DNA from: a virus | DNA length: 64,000 bases | Direction: 5' to 3' (one strand) | IMG/VR virus record: IMGVR_UViG_3300009184_000041 | Location: 6,253 to 70,252 of that record | In this document: in pieces, positions 1-11,000 of the stretch | Position numbering within the stretch: the stretch's first letter is position 1 | Layout of the letters: each line of letters opens with the position of its first letter | Notes under the pieces: model-generated | Told to the model about the DNA's origin: nothing | The model's database searches: none | Seen by the model: only the letters and a program-made list of their open reading frames with translations | Translations under genes and position numbers: made by a program

Positions 1-1086
1 CCGCAACAAATTGAAACTTTTAACGAAGGTCAGAGCACAATTACCACAGTGACCGATGCTCCAGCGGCCGTGCCGGAAACATTTGAAGCCGGTGGCGGTG
101 GTGGCAATCAAGGCACAATCACTAGAGTAACGTACCAACCCGAAGACGTTCCGCCCACTGTTGATCCTGCTGCTGGTGAAGCTGACTCAGCCGCCAACCC
201 ACAACAAAGCACAGTGAACATTGGCACAGATGAGAATCGTGGTGGTAACCTTGAAGCAGCCACACTGCAACGAGCACGAGAACAACAGGCCATACAAGCA
301 CAGTTCCAAGCACCTGCTGATGGCGACTGGCGTGTGCGACTCAAACTGGCTCCCAGTGCTACCTATCTGTACATGGATGACAACAATAAACTATTGGCTC
401 CGTTGAAAGCCAGCAATGGTGTGGTGTTTCCATACATGCCCAGCATACAAACCAGTTACAATGCTGACTACTCAGAAACAGCACTCACACACAGCAACTA
501 CAAAGGTTATTTCTACAACAGCAGTCATGTTGGTGATGTGCAAATCACAGGCATATTCACAGCACAAGACACAAGAGAAGCCAACTATTTGTTGGCAGTG
601 ATACACTTTTTTCGCTCAGTGACAAAAATGTTCTACGGTCAAGATCCACAGCGTGGCGCTCCGCCGCCACTGGTATACATTCAAGGTCTAGGCGAATATC
701 AATTCAACAATCAACCTTGTGTGGTCAAGTCATTCTCATACAGCTTGCCCAGCGATGTTGATTATATTCGCACCAAGCCCAACAACTACAACATCAATCT
801 AAACAACAGACTGGTCAAGTCACAAAACGCACCAGCCAACAGCATTGCATCTGTGGTCAATCGTTTGAAAAATGCACTGCTGCCCAAAGGGGCATTGCCC
901 AGCGTGGGTGCGCAAGAACTAACGGTTGAACAAAGTGTGACCAACATAGCCAACGACACTTATGTTCCCACCAAGATAGAAATACAGATAACTTTATTGC
1001 CTATACAAACACGCAGTCAACAAAGTCAACAGTTCAGTGTGAGAGATTTCAGCAATGGTAAACTGTTAAGCGGAGGGTTCTGGTAA
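1..1086 (+). CDS. Putative baseplate/tail-tube-like structural protein (5'-truncated by the window edge)
   Basis: Frame is open from base 1 with no upstream stop. C-terminal part (GVVFPYMPSI...ITGIFTAQ...GAPPP...PCVVKSFSYSLP) resembles gp19/gp48/gp54 tube-fold proteins; directly precedes the gp53-like gene. Confidence 0.6.
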   Translation, partial: PQQIETFNEGQSTITTVTDAPAAVPETFEAGGGGGNQGTITRVTYQPEDVPPTVDPAAGEADSAANPQQSTVNIGTDENRGGNLEAATLQRAREQQAIQAQFQAPADGDWRVRLKLAPSATYLYMDDNNKLLAPLKASNGVVFPYMPSIQTSYNADYSETALTHSNYKGYFYNSSHVGDVQITGIFTAQDTREANYLLAVIHFFRSVTKMFYGQDPQRGAPPPLVYIQGLGEYQFNNQPCVVKSFSYSLPSDVDYIRTKPNNYNINLNNRLVKSQNAPANSIASVVNRLKNALLPKGALPSVGAQELTVEQSVTNIANDTYVPTKIEIQITLLPIQTRSQQSQQFSVRDFSNGKLLSGGFW

Positions 1087-1385
1087 TGGCCAACTATGAT
1101 GCAACCAGCCCGTATTTTAACACAGGGTACAGCCAGTTCTTTTTGGATGTCATGGTCGACAGACCTTTCCCCCAGGAAAGCGATGATCTAAAGTTCAAAT
1201 TGAATCTCACATATCAGTATAGACCTGACTTGTTGGCACATGATTTGTATGGCGATGCCAGATTATGGTGGGTGTTCTATCAACGCAATCCCAACACACT
1301 GACCAAACCTCCTTTGGATTTTGTGGCCAATACAGAAATATATCTGCCCAAAATTACCACACTTAAATCTGCACTGGGGTTCTAA
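1086..1385 (+). CDS. gp53: Baseplate wedge subunit, T4 gp53-like (LysM-like)
   Basis: Motif YQYRPDLLAHDLYGDARLWWVF...N, 99 aa, located in the baseplate cluster; TAATG coupling to the upstream gene. Confidence 0.75.
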   Translation: MANYDATSPYFNTGYSQFFLDVMVDRPFPQESDDLKFKLNLTYQYRPDLLAHDLYGDARLWWVFYQRNPNTLTKPPLDFVANTEIYLPKITTLKSALGF

Positions 1386-1388
1386 TCA

Positions 1389-4346
1389 ATGGCAACTTAT
1401 AGACCAGCAGTACCACCAACCTTGCCAGACAACGCTGAACAGCAACGTCGACAAATTGGTGACTATCAAGTACAAACACCAAAAAATTCTGTAACTGGGC
1501 AAGGGTTTGTGAATGATACCAACACAAACATTTTAAACACAATTGCACCCAATCGTGCCAATGATGACAACCCACAAACACAGAACCAAGGTGCCACTGC
1601 TGCCAGCACTCAAGGACCTGCTAACACTTCGCCAGGCGCCGATGTGTCGGGCACACTGAACACAAAAACAGAAGTAATACCGCAACCCAACGTACTAGAC
1701 AGATTTGCCAGTTATACCTGGCAAGCCAGTGTGTACTTGATGAGTACCAGGCAATATCTTCAACTGTTGCGCAGTAAGAAAAAAAATATCAATGGTTATA
1801 ACCTGTTGTTTCAAAGCGGCGGCGCACCTCCCAATACCGGCGGGTTTTTAGGAGCCCTTGGCCCAGGACAACAAAGCAGCACCGGAGGTGACGGCAGCGT
1901 GAACACAGCACCACCAGGCGGTGTGTTGGGAACCAACAGTGTGGATCGTGGTCGCAATCCTGCGTTTCCTGTGGACTTTTATATTGATTCAATCACCATT
2001 GACAATTTATTGCCAGGACGCCAAACAAAAAGCCCGCACATGGTAACTGATTTGAAATTCACAGTGATTGAGCCAGGCAATATTTCACTGTTGGATAGAA
2101 TACACAAAGCAGTGCAGGACATGGGGCAAGTCAGTGAAAAAAATCAACCTATAAATTATACTGCGGCAGCGTATCTCATGGTCATACGCTGGTATGGCTA
2201 TGACCAAAATGGTGTGTTGGTCCCTGTGGGCGCAGCCGATCCCAACACAGGATTGACTGACCCCAACGCTGTGGTTGAAAAATTTATACCTTTTTTGATC
2301 AAAAAAATCAAATGGCAAGTGACTTCAAAACTGGTATCATATGATTTTGACTGCGCACCTATCAATCAAATGGTAGCTGGCGGGACTCGTCGTGGTACCA
2401 TACCTTATGACGTGCAACTCACTGACGGCAATGTGGGGAAACTACTGGGCGGGGATTTAGTGTATGCATCTACTGCACCTCCCACGGCTCCAGCGGATGC
2501 ACCAGGAGCAAGCACCACGCCCAACACTGATGCCTCTGGACGCCAGACTGCGGCCACTGATTCTAGAACTTTTGCCAATCAAGCGCAACAACGTATGCCA
2601 GTTAAATCTACGCAAGCATCAGTGCGGGCGGTAGACAACGCCATTGATGCCGCAGCAGCACCCCCCAAAGCCAATGCAGCCTCGTCAGCTCAAAACACAG
2701 TCAAACAAGGATTGGTAGGAGCTATGAATGCATATCAACAATACCTAGTTGATGAAAAAATATACGAGATTCCGGATACCTATGAAATTGTTTTTGTAGA
2801 AGATGCTCAAGGGCGGCAGCCAATTCGCGACGCCAAAATTAGTAACCCTTCAAATAGGATAGTGGCGCAAGATCAAACAGCAATGAAACCTGGGCCAACA
2901 CAAGTAGGAGGCCAAGCGTTTAACGAAGCTGCCAATGTCATGGACATCAGCAATCGCAACTGGAGTATCACCGCAGGTATGCAAATGGTACAAGTGATCG
3001 ACTTGGCCATTAGAAATTCAACTTATATTACTGACCAAGCTATATTAAATTATGATGAAAAAACTGGCTCAGAAGTTCTCAATCCCAAGTTTGATAACAC
3101 TGCCGATGCTCGTATTCAATGGTTCCAGATCAGCATGGAGGCCACTCAAGGCAGGTACGATGAAGCTAGAAATGATTATGCATACCACATCAAGTTTATT
3201 ATCAGCCCGTATGAACTCATTGACTTTGACAGCAAATATTTTCCATTGACTAAGTTTCGGGGAGTGCATAAAAGTTACCCATTTTGGTTCACTGGGCAAA
3301 ATACCGCAGTGATAGATTACAATGCAAACTTTGATGGATTGTACAACATCACTGTCACAGGCACACATGCTGATGACAGCGCAGCGGCCAAACTGCGTAA
3401 AAAATATTTGTCCAGCATGCGAGACATTCCCAAATACACCTATGCTCCGGCCAGCAATGCCAGTCGTCAGGGTGCTGACCGCAAAACCAACGAAGTCAGT
3501 GCCAGCGCCGCTGAATATTTGTACAGCCCTGGAGACATGGCCATTGGCAAACTTCGTATCATTGGTGATCCTGCCTGGATACAACAAGGCAGCTTGGCCG
3601 GCGGTGTGAACGCACAAGAATTTGGATACTCGGCATTTTTGCCCGACGGAACAATCAACTTTGATGCCAGCCAAGTCATGTTTGAAATAGCATGGCAGCG
3701 CCCTGAAGACTATGATCTTGGTACCGGCCTGGCAGATCCTTACGCACGCCCAGGCAATGAAGCACGACAACCATTGCAAAGCACAGTGTATAGAGCCTAC
3801 AAAGTGGTCAGCGAATTCAAAGGCGGAAAATTTGAACAAGCACTGGAAGGCACACTGTATATGTTTCCAGTGCCGTCTGGCAAAAACACCGCAGCAGCCA
3901 CACCCAATCAAAGTGCTGCTGAAGATTCTCGATTGGCTAGACAAAATGCTCAAGCAACCACCACAAGGACCAACACCGGCGGCGGACAAAGCTCAGCGGC
4001 ATTTGCTAACATAGATCCAAGAAGAATTGACAAGGCTCTTGACAACGGTGCTGGGTCGGCCAGTGCAATTACCACAGATAAGCTAAGAGCAACATCAACA
4101 GCGGCAAGACTCAGTGGCACAAAACCAGCACCGTCTCCTGCGTTGGCAGTGACCAACACAGCCTCATCTGGAGGGTCATCGTTGCCTGCACCAAATGTCT
4201 CCAATTTGTCAGCAGCCAAATCGGTCACTAGCAATGGGCAAACAGTTGGTGGGATTTTTAGTGTATTTGCCCCTGTTAATACACCTAAAAAGATAGCTGA
4301 TAATGCAAATCGTGGCGGCACACAGCCAGGCGCACACGAATACTAA
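1389..4346 (+). CDS. Putative baseplate hub protein (gp27-like) with low-complexity insertions
   Basis: 985 aa between gp53-like and gp5-like genes; C-terminal 'LRIIGDPAWI...YRAYKVVSEFKGGKFEQALEG' is typical of phage hub proteins. Confidence 0.55.
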   Translation: MATYRPAVPPTLPDNAEQQRRQIGDYQVQTPKNSVTGQGFVNDTNTNILNTIAPNRANDDNPQTQNQGATAASTQGPANTSPGADVSGTLNTKTEVIPQPNVLDRFASYTWQASVYLMSTRQYLQLLRSKKKNINGYNLLFQSGGAPPNTGGFLGALGPGQQSSTGGDGSVNTAPPGGVLGTNSVDRGRNPAFPVDFYIDSITIDNLLPGRQTKSPHMVTDLKFTVIEPGNISLLDRIHKAVQDMGQVSEKNQPINYTAAAYLMVIRWYGYDQNGVLVPVGAADPNTGLTDPNAVVEKFIPFLIKKIKWQVTSKLVSYDFDCAPINQMVAGGTRRGTIPYDVQLTDGNVGKLLGGDLVYASTAPPTAPADAPGASTTPNTDASGRQTAATDSRTFANQAQQRMPVKSTQASVRAVDNAIDAAAAPPKANAASSAQNTVKQGLVGAMNAYQQYLVDEKIYEIPDTYEIVFVEDAQGRQPIRDAKISNPSNRIVAQDQTAMKPGPTQVGGQAFNEAANVMDISNRNWSITAGMQMVQVIDLAIRNSTYITDQAILNYDEKTGSEVLNPKFDNTADARIQWFQISMEATQGRYDEARNDYAYHIKFIISPYELIDFDSKYFPLTKFRGVHKSYPFWFTGQNTAVIDYNANFDGLYNITVTGTHADDSAAAKLRKKYLSSMRDIPKYTYAPASNASRQGADRKTNEVSASAAEYLYSPGDMAIGKLRIIGDPAWIQQGSLAGGVNAQEFGYSAFLPDGTINFDASQVMFEIAWQRPEDYDLGTGLADPYARPGNEARQPLQSTVYRAYKVVSEFKGGKFEQALEGTLYMFPVPSGKNTAAATPNQSAAEDSRLARQNAQATTTRTNTGGGQSSAAFANIDPRRIDKALDNGAGSASAITTDKLRATSTAARLSGTKPAPSPALAVTNTASSGGSSLPAPNVSNLSAAKSVTSNGQTVGGIFSVFAPVNTPKKIADNANRGGTQPGAHEY

Positions 4347-4354
4347 GGATAGAG

Positions 4355-5857
4355 ATGTCAACAGAAATACAACGCAGTACAGGTAAACCGTCAAACTATA
4401 AACTGGATCGTGGCGGAACGCCAGCGGAGTTTGGGCCATTTGTTGGCATAGTGAAAAACAACGTTGACCCCACTCGTGCTGGACGCTTGCAAGTATACAT
4501 TGAAACATTTGCTGGCGGCAACCCTGATGATCCAACCAAATGGACCACAGTGAGATACCTGCCAGGTTTCTACGGGTATACTCCAGCAGGAAAAACTGCA
4601 GATAACAATGTTGGTGACTACACCCAAAATCAAAATGCCTATGGCATGTGGTTCACACCGCCAGACATTGGTATCACAGTGTTGTGTGTGTTTGCCAATG
4701 GTGATCGACAACTAGGGTACTACATTGGTGTTGTTCCTGACGATGGGTTAGGACACATGGTACCTGCCATTGGCGGCAGCGCAAACTATGTCACTGGTAA
4801 TAAAAATCAAGAAACTTATTTTGCAGACAATACACTGCTGCCAGTAATTGAAGTAAACACCAACAATGAAAAATTAATAAACTCAGACAACTTTTTTAGA
4901 CAACTCAAACCAGTTCATAATGTGGTAGCCGGCGCCATGTTCCAACAAGGACTCAATGGAGACATTGAACGTGGTCCTATTCGCTCAAGCAGTCAACGAG
5001 AAACTCCCAGTACAGTATTTGGTATCAGCACCCCGGGTATTCCGGTATACCAAGGTGGCATGAAACCCAATGATATCCGAAAGAAAATTCAAAACAATGA
5101 AATCAGACCCGACCAGGCACAAGTGACAGGCCGCATGGGAGGTCACACACTTGTGATGGATGATGGCGACCTGGAAGGCAACAATGCCCTGTTCCGTTTG
5201 CGCACACCTAAAGGTCATCAGATCACAATGAATGACTCGGGCAACTTTTTTTACATCACGCATGCCAATGGGCAGACTTGGTTGGAGTTTGGCGCAGAGG
5301 GCACAGTGGATGTGTTCTCAACCAACTCGGTGAACATACGCACCAATGGTGACATCAACCTGCATGCTGACCGTGACATCAACATGTATGCTGGCGGCAA
5401 TATACAGGTCAAAAGTGAAAAAAGCACCACCATGGAAGCTGTCACCGACTTGAACATCACTGCGCAGAAAGATTTTAAAATCTACAGCAAAGCCACACTG
5501 GGAGTCAAGGCAGATGGTACCATGGCGTTACAAAGCGCAAGCGGTTCGTGGGCCGGCGGCAGTGATTTGAAGTTCACAGCTGGTGGAATAGACTTAAATG
5601 GGCCAACAGCACCCACAGTTGAAAAACCCAAACCCATTGCCAAAATCATGCTGGATGACACAGCTTTTGACACAGCCAAAGGTTGGCAAGTCAAAAGCAA
5701 AGCACTAGAAACCATTGTGCCCAGGGCGCCCACACATGAACCATATCCTTATCATAACAAAGGTGTTGATGTCAAAATCAAATTTGAAGAAGGCAAACCC
5801 AAACCACCGCCAGGTGCAGTGCCAGTGCCTGCTGGAGTAACCATCAAAGCACTATGA
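4355..5857 (+). CDS. gp5: Baseplate central spike, gp5/VgrG-like (OB-fold plus beta-helix)
   Basis: N-terminal GIVKNNVDPTRAGRLQVYI...PPDIGITVLCVF (gp5 OB-fold). RTPKGHQITMNDS and repetitive 'NIRTNGDINLHADRDINMYAGGNI' indicate a beta-helix. No lysozyme domain evident. Confidence 0.8.
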   Translation: MSTEIQRSTGKPSNYKLDRGGTPAEFGPFVGIVKNNVDPTRAGRLQVYIETFAGGNPDDPTKWTTVRYLPGFYGYTPAGKTADNNVGDYTQNQNAYGMWFTPPDIGITVLCVFANGDRQLGYYIGVVPDDGLGHMVPAIGGSANYVTGNKNQETYFADNTLLPVIEVNTNNEKLINSDNFFRQLKPVHNVVAGAMFQQGLNGDIERGPIRSSSQRETPSTVFGISTPGIPVYQGGMKPNDIRKKIQNNEIRPDQAQVTGRMGGHTLVMDDGDLEGNNALFRLRTPKGHQITMNDSGNFFYITHANGQTWLEFGAEGTVDVFSTNSVNIRTNGDINLHADRDINMYAGGNIQVKSEKSTTMEAVTDLNITAQKDFKIYSKATLGVKADGTMALQSASGSWAGGSDLKFTAGGIDLNGPTAPTVEKPKPIAKIMLDDTAFDTAKGWQVKSKALETIVPRAPTHEPYPYHNKGVDVKIKFEEGKPKPPPGAVPVPAGVTIKAL

Positions 5858-7566
5858 GTACATTTGTATTTGATCTTAACAGTTTGAGTGGAATCAGCAG
5901 TTCAGCAGCATCTTTTGAGTCTGGTCTAGCGTCAGGTACTCCTGATGATAAACTCACGTATTCAGGCAATGACCCTATTGTTTGGGATAGAGTAAACAAC
6001 GAGCGCCTGCGCAGAGGATTAAGCCCATTGCCCAATCCCAGACCCATAGATGATGGCCGAACATATCCCACTGGCCGCGGCGGAGCAGTTGCCACCACCC
6101 AGTCTGACAGGCCATTAACCGAAGAAGAAAAAGCCAGGGCTGCTGCCATAGCCAAAAATTTTGGTCTGCCTGATCCCAACGCAGCCGCAAAAACATTTGA
6201 AGTCAGCTGTCCTCCAGGTACAACCAGAGAACAGGCTTTTAAAATATTTCAAGACCAGGCCAAGACAGGCGGCCTAAATGGTTTTACATCGGGCGATATA
6301 CTCAACGCACAGACTCAAGCAGCCGACGGATTAGCATCTGCCCAAGCACAATTATCTCAAGGATTGGCTGGATTTCCTGGGTCAGACAAAGGTGCATTGA
6401 ACTCGTTTAAAAGTATTGCAGACACTGCCAAACAATCACTGGCAGCAGGCACCACTGGCAGTTTGCAATCTAGAATCACCAATGGTGGATCAATACTGCA
6501 ACAAACAGCAGGCAAAATAGGAAGTTTGTTTGGTGCACCAGTTACCAATGGTATCAACACAGCTGACTTTGCAAAAACAACCACGGCATTGGTACCAATG
6601 GCCGGGCTTGGCACCACTGATGTTCGTGCCACAGTGGCCGCAGTGGGTACTTCTACAGGGCAAGACTTTAGTCAGTTTACCAATTCAGTAGGAGTAGGTA
6701 AATTTGGATTCAACGCCACACAACTAGAAACAGCAGGCCTTCTCAAACCCGGAACAGCAAGTACATATCTTGCCAGCGGCTCAAATCAACTAACAGATGT
6801 ATTAAAAAGTCCTGCGGTGTGGACCGGCAAAGGTGGCATCAACAATCTTGACAGTTTGTTGAGCAATCCTGCAGCACAAAATTTAACGCAACAAAACTTA
6901 ATGAGTTCGGGACTGGCAGCCGCAGGCACACTTGGTGTGCCTATCAACAGTCTTATTCCCAAAGATCTGTCTGGAATATCAGCAAACTTTGCCAAATCGT
7001 CTGCAGAAAGTGCAGATTGGTTACGAGGCAAATTGCCAGCAGACAAGCAGGCAGATTTTGACAAACGTTTTGCTGATGCAAAATTTGCTATTGGTACAGC
7101 GGAACAAAAACTAAATGATTCTATTAAGCAAGAAGCTCCTCCAGGAGAAGCCACTGACACAGTCAATAGAGACACACTAACAGGTGCTGTGAGTCGAGTG
7201 TTTGGCAATGACAAAATTCCTTCTATAGACTACAATGGCCCGCCGCAACCCCCAAGCACACTGGTAGCAGAATTTAGACGATTGAATACTTTGTCTAAAG
7301 AACAACAAGTTAAACTAGTCAATCTTTCTGGTCAAGAAATTACGTCAAAAACTGTGGATCCGTTGATTGCACAGTACGATGCCATTCGCAAATATTTAGA
7401 TAAGTTGGTCAAAGACTTTGAAAGTTTGAAAAAAGATTTACTGGCACAGCCTTATACATATGATCTCACCAGTGAAGTTGATGCAGTATTGGCCACAATA
7501 CTAGGATTAATATCAGACATTTCAAAATTGTTTATTCCAAATCTGCGTAAATCCAAAGCAAATTAA
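5854..7566 (+). CDS. Tail/baseplate-associated protein with a possible degenerate lysozyme-like domain
   Basis: 570 aa between gp5 and gp25; segment GKFGFNATQLETAGLLKPG...WTGKGGINNLDSLLSNPAAQ recalls phage lysozyme-like domains; helical C-terminus. Confidence 0.4.
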   Translation: MSTFVFDLNSLSGISSSAASFESGLASGTPDDKLTYSGNDPIVWDRVNNERLRRGLSPLPNPRPIDDGRTYPTGRGGAVATTQSDRPLTEEEKARAAAIAKNFGLPDPNAAAKTFEVSCPPGTTREQAFKIFQDQAKTGGLNGFTSGDILNAQTQAADGLASAQAQLSQGLAGFPGSDKGALNSFKSIADTAKQSLAAGTTGSLQSRITNGGSILQQTAGKIGSLFGAPVTNGINTADFAKTTTALVPMAGLGTTDVRATVAAVGTSTGQDFSQFTNSVGVGKFGFNATQLETAGLLKPGTASTYLASGSNQLTDVLKSPAVWTGKGGINNLDSLLSNPAAQNLTQQNLMSSGLAAAGTLGVPINSLIPKDLSGISANFAKSSAESADWLRGKLPADKQADFDKRFADAKFAIGTAEQKLNDSIKQEAPPGEATDTVNRDTLTGAVSRVFGNDKIPSIDYNGPPQPPSTLVAEFRRLNTLSKEQQVKLVNLSGQEITSKTVDPLIAQYDAIRKYLDKLVKDFESLKKDLLAQPYTYDLTSEVDAVLATILGLISDISKLFIPNLRKSKAN

Positions 7567-7568
7567 CC

Positions 7569-7576
7569 TATAAATA
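7569..7576 (+). promoter_or_regulatory. T4-type late promoter TATAAATA
   Basis: Exact TATAAATA, 5 nt before the gp25 ATG. Confidence 0.75.
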
Positions 7577-7581
7577 TCAAC

Positions 7582-7956
7582 ATGACCACATTCATCGGCT
7601 TCAACACCATCAATCAAAACAAAAAGTTTACTCTGACAGATTTTGATTTGATTCAGCGTGACCTGTTGAATGCATTTAGTATTCGACAAGGTGAACTGCC
7701 CGGTCGTCCAGGGTACGGCACAGTGCTATGGGATTTTTTGTTTGAAAATCAAATAGAACAATTACAACAAGATATCCGTGCCGAAGTACAACGTATGGCA
7801 GGTGGCGATCCCAGACTAACTATCAACGATGTACAAGTGTATCCGCAAGACAATGGTATTTTGATACAGTTACAAATCACCATTGTAAACACCACTAACG
7901 CTGAAATTCTCAGCATATTCTTTGACGAACAAACTCGCAGTGCCAGCTACGTATAA
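7582..7956 (+). CDS. gp25: Baseplate wedge subunit gp25-like
   Basis: DLLNAFSIRQGELPGRPGYGTVLWDFLFE...DPRL motif, 124 aa. Confidence 0.88.
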   Translation: MTTFIGFNTINQNKKFTLTDFDLIQRDLLNAFSIRQGELPGRPGYGTVLWDFLFENQIEQLQQDIRAEVQRMAGGDPRLTINDVQVYPQDNGILIQLQITIVNTTNAEILSIFFDEQTRSASYV

Positions 7957-7975
7957 CTACGCCGTTTTTATTATC

Positions 7976-7983
7976 AATAAATA
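7976..7983 (+). promoter_or_regulatory. Late promoter variant AATAAATA
   Basis: 7/8 match to TATAAATA in the intergenic gap before gp6. Confidence 0.55.
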
Positions 7984-8002
7984 AAGCACGGACAATACAA
8001 AA

Positions 8003-11000
8003 ATGGCAACAACCACAAGACAAACAGCAATATTTGGCGTAGAAGATTGGAAACAAATCTACCAAACCTACCGCGAAGCTGATTTTCAAAGTTACGATTT
8101 TGAAACTCTTCGTAAAAGTTTCATTGACTATTTGCGCCTGTACTACCCTGAAACATTCAATGACTACATTGAATCGTCAGAATTCATTGCCTTGCTGGAC
8201 GTCATGGCATTCATGGGTCAAGCACTGGCATTCCGCACCGACTTAAACACTCGTGAAAACTACATTGACACTGCTGAACGTAGAGACAGTGTCACACGAT
8301 TGGCCAATTTAGTAAGCTACACAGCCAAACGCAACACAGCCGCTGAAGGTTATCTAAAAGTGTTCAATGTCACAACAACTGAAAATGTTGTGGATTATAA
8401 TGGTGTAAATTTGAGTAATGTCACAATCAACTGGGCGGATCCTACCAATCCAGATTGGCAAGAGCAGTTTACTGCCATCATCAATGCCAGCCTAGTAGAC
8501 AGTCAGCGTGTGGGTCGCCCAGGCAATCGTCAAACCATCTTGGGTGTAAACACTGCTGAATATGCTATCAACTTGGTGCCAGGATTTTTGCCTGTGATTC
8601 CTTACAATGCCACTGTGGATGGAATCAACATGCCTTTTGAGGCCATGACATCAACTTCAGCAGGCAGAGACTATGTGTATGAGCCGGCGCCAACGCCCAG
8701 CACAAGTTTTAACGTGCTGTACAGAAATGATCAACTGGGCTACCAATCAGCCAACACAGGTTACTTCTTTTTGTTCAAACAAGGTGTGCTGCAAAATCAA
8801 GACTTTAACCTAGCTGAACGCATTGCTAACCGTACTGTGGACATCAACATTGAAGGTGTTAACAACCAAGATCGTTGGTTGTTCCAGCTAGACAATGTGG
8901 GCAACATTGCACGAGAATGGCAATTTGTGGAAAACGTTTATACTGCCGCCGCTCAACGCAACAATGTGTTACAGCCTATCTACAGTGTAACTTCCAGGGC
9001 CAACGATCAAATCACCATGGTATTTGGTGATGGTGTGTTTAGCGAAATTCCTGTGGGCACTTATCGTGCTTATGTACGTGCATCAAACGGGTTACAATAC
9101 ATCATCAACCCTGAAGAAATGCAAAACGTAGTTTTGCCCATCAGTTACACTGACCGAAACGGCAACTTGCAGACTATCACATTCACCTGCGGCATCACAC
9201 GCCCTGTGTCAAACAGCCAAGCACGTGAACCTATTGCTGAAATCAAACAACGTGCTCCTGCACGTTACTACACACAGAACCGCATGGTCAACGGAGAAGA
9301 CTACACTCTTTTTCCATACACTCAGTACAACAGCATTATTAAATCAAAAGCCCTGAACCGTGCCAGCATTGGTACCAGCCGCTATCTTGATCTTGTGGAC
9401 AACACCGGCAAGTACAGTTCAACCAATACATTTTCAAGTGACGGCGGACTGTGGCGTCAAAATATTTTACCAACCATTCTGTTCTCGTGGACCAACCGCA
9501 ATGAGATTGCAGACGTAATTACCAATCAGGTGCAACCGGACATTGGTAGCGCAACAGTTCGACAGTTTTACTATGCCAACTTTCCACGTATTACATCTAC
9601 AACTACTCCCAATGGGATAACATGGTTGCCCAACTATCAATGGCATCAAAGCACCACATTGGCCAATGAAACCACTGGATATTTTACCAATGCCACTGGC
9701 ACGCCAATTCCCATTGGCGTTACAACTACTACAATGTTCCAGTATGCTATTGTGGGCAGTTTGATCAAATTTGTGCCGCCCACAGGCTATTACTTTGACC
9801 GCAACAACAAACTGGTACAAGGTAGCCCAACCCGTGCAGACGAACGACTAGAAATCTGGGCCAGCCCGCAGCAAATTGTAGGCGACGGCTACAACAACGG
9901 TGTAGGTAACTTGACTACAGGCGCTGGCCCTGTGACTATCAACAACTTTGTGCCCACTGGCGCACTGGTAGACACTATTATTCCGTTGTTTGTAACAGAC
10001 TTGCCCAATGCAGTTGAACAAGCCATGGCCGAACAAATTTTGTTGTATCGCAATTTTGGTCTTGGCTACGACAGCAATGGAGATATCACTGGCACTCCTT
10101 ACACTTGGTATCTTATCACACAGCAAAATCTTGATGCATACTCACAGACCAACTCTGCGCCCTGGAGCCAACAATTTGCCGGTGACACATCTGGCGCCAA
10201 CAAAGATGCCAGTTGGATGGTACAGTTTGTTGTGCAAAATCAAAATTACACAATCACATTTCGTGGATTGAGCTACAACTTTGGGTCAGTGTTGCAAACA
10301 CGTTTCTTCTTTTACGAAGATCAACTGGTATATGACAGCCGCACAGGCACAATCATCAAAGACTTTATCAATGTGCTGTCAGTGAATACCCAGCCAGACA
10401 GTACCAACCCTTTGCCTGGCGACATCTATACCACAATCATTGGCCAGCCTGTAGAAAGCGACGGCTATGTTGACGACTTCCAGGTGTTGGTAAGCTATCG
10501 TGATTCAGACAATGACGGCGTACCTGACAATCCTGACTTCTTTGACGAAATAGTTGGAACTGCTACCGCAGCTGGTCCATATGTGTTCTTGCAACAAACT
10601 GTGGATTTTGATAACTTGCAACGTTATTTGCTGGTAGAACAAGACAGAGTGACATACGACTATGGCACATTGGATGAAATTGAACTGGCCAAAACCGAAT
10701 GGACGCCAGGCCAGGTATTCTACGCCTACAATGAAGATGCATTTTATGAACTCAGTATCAGTACCACTGGTGTCAGAACCATTGTTGCAGTCAGTGGATG
10801 GATTGCAAAAATTGGTAGACAAAATTTGTACTTTCAGTATCGCCACAACTCACCATTGACCAATCGTATTGATCCCGGATCTACCAACATCATTGACTTG
10901 TATGTGGTCACACAGAACTACTACACAGCATATCAAAACTGGTTGCGTGACACCACAGGCACAGTGATAGAACCAGCTGTCCCTACCATCAATGAACTCA

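Noticed and set aside
3069-3989. 306-aa ORF on the - strand
   Set aside because: Antisense shadow of the hub gene, with no motifs and no expression signals.
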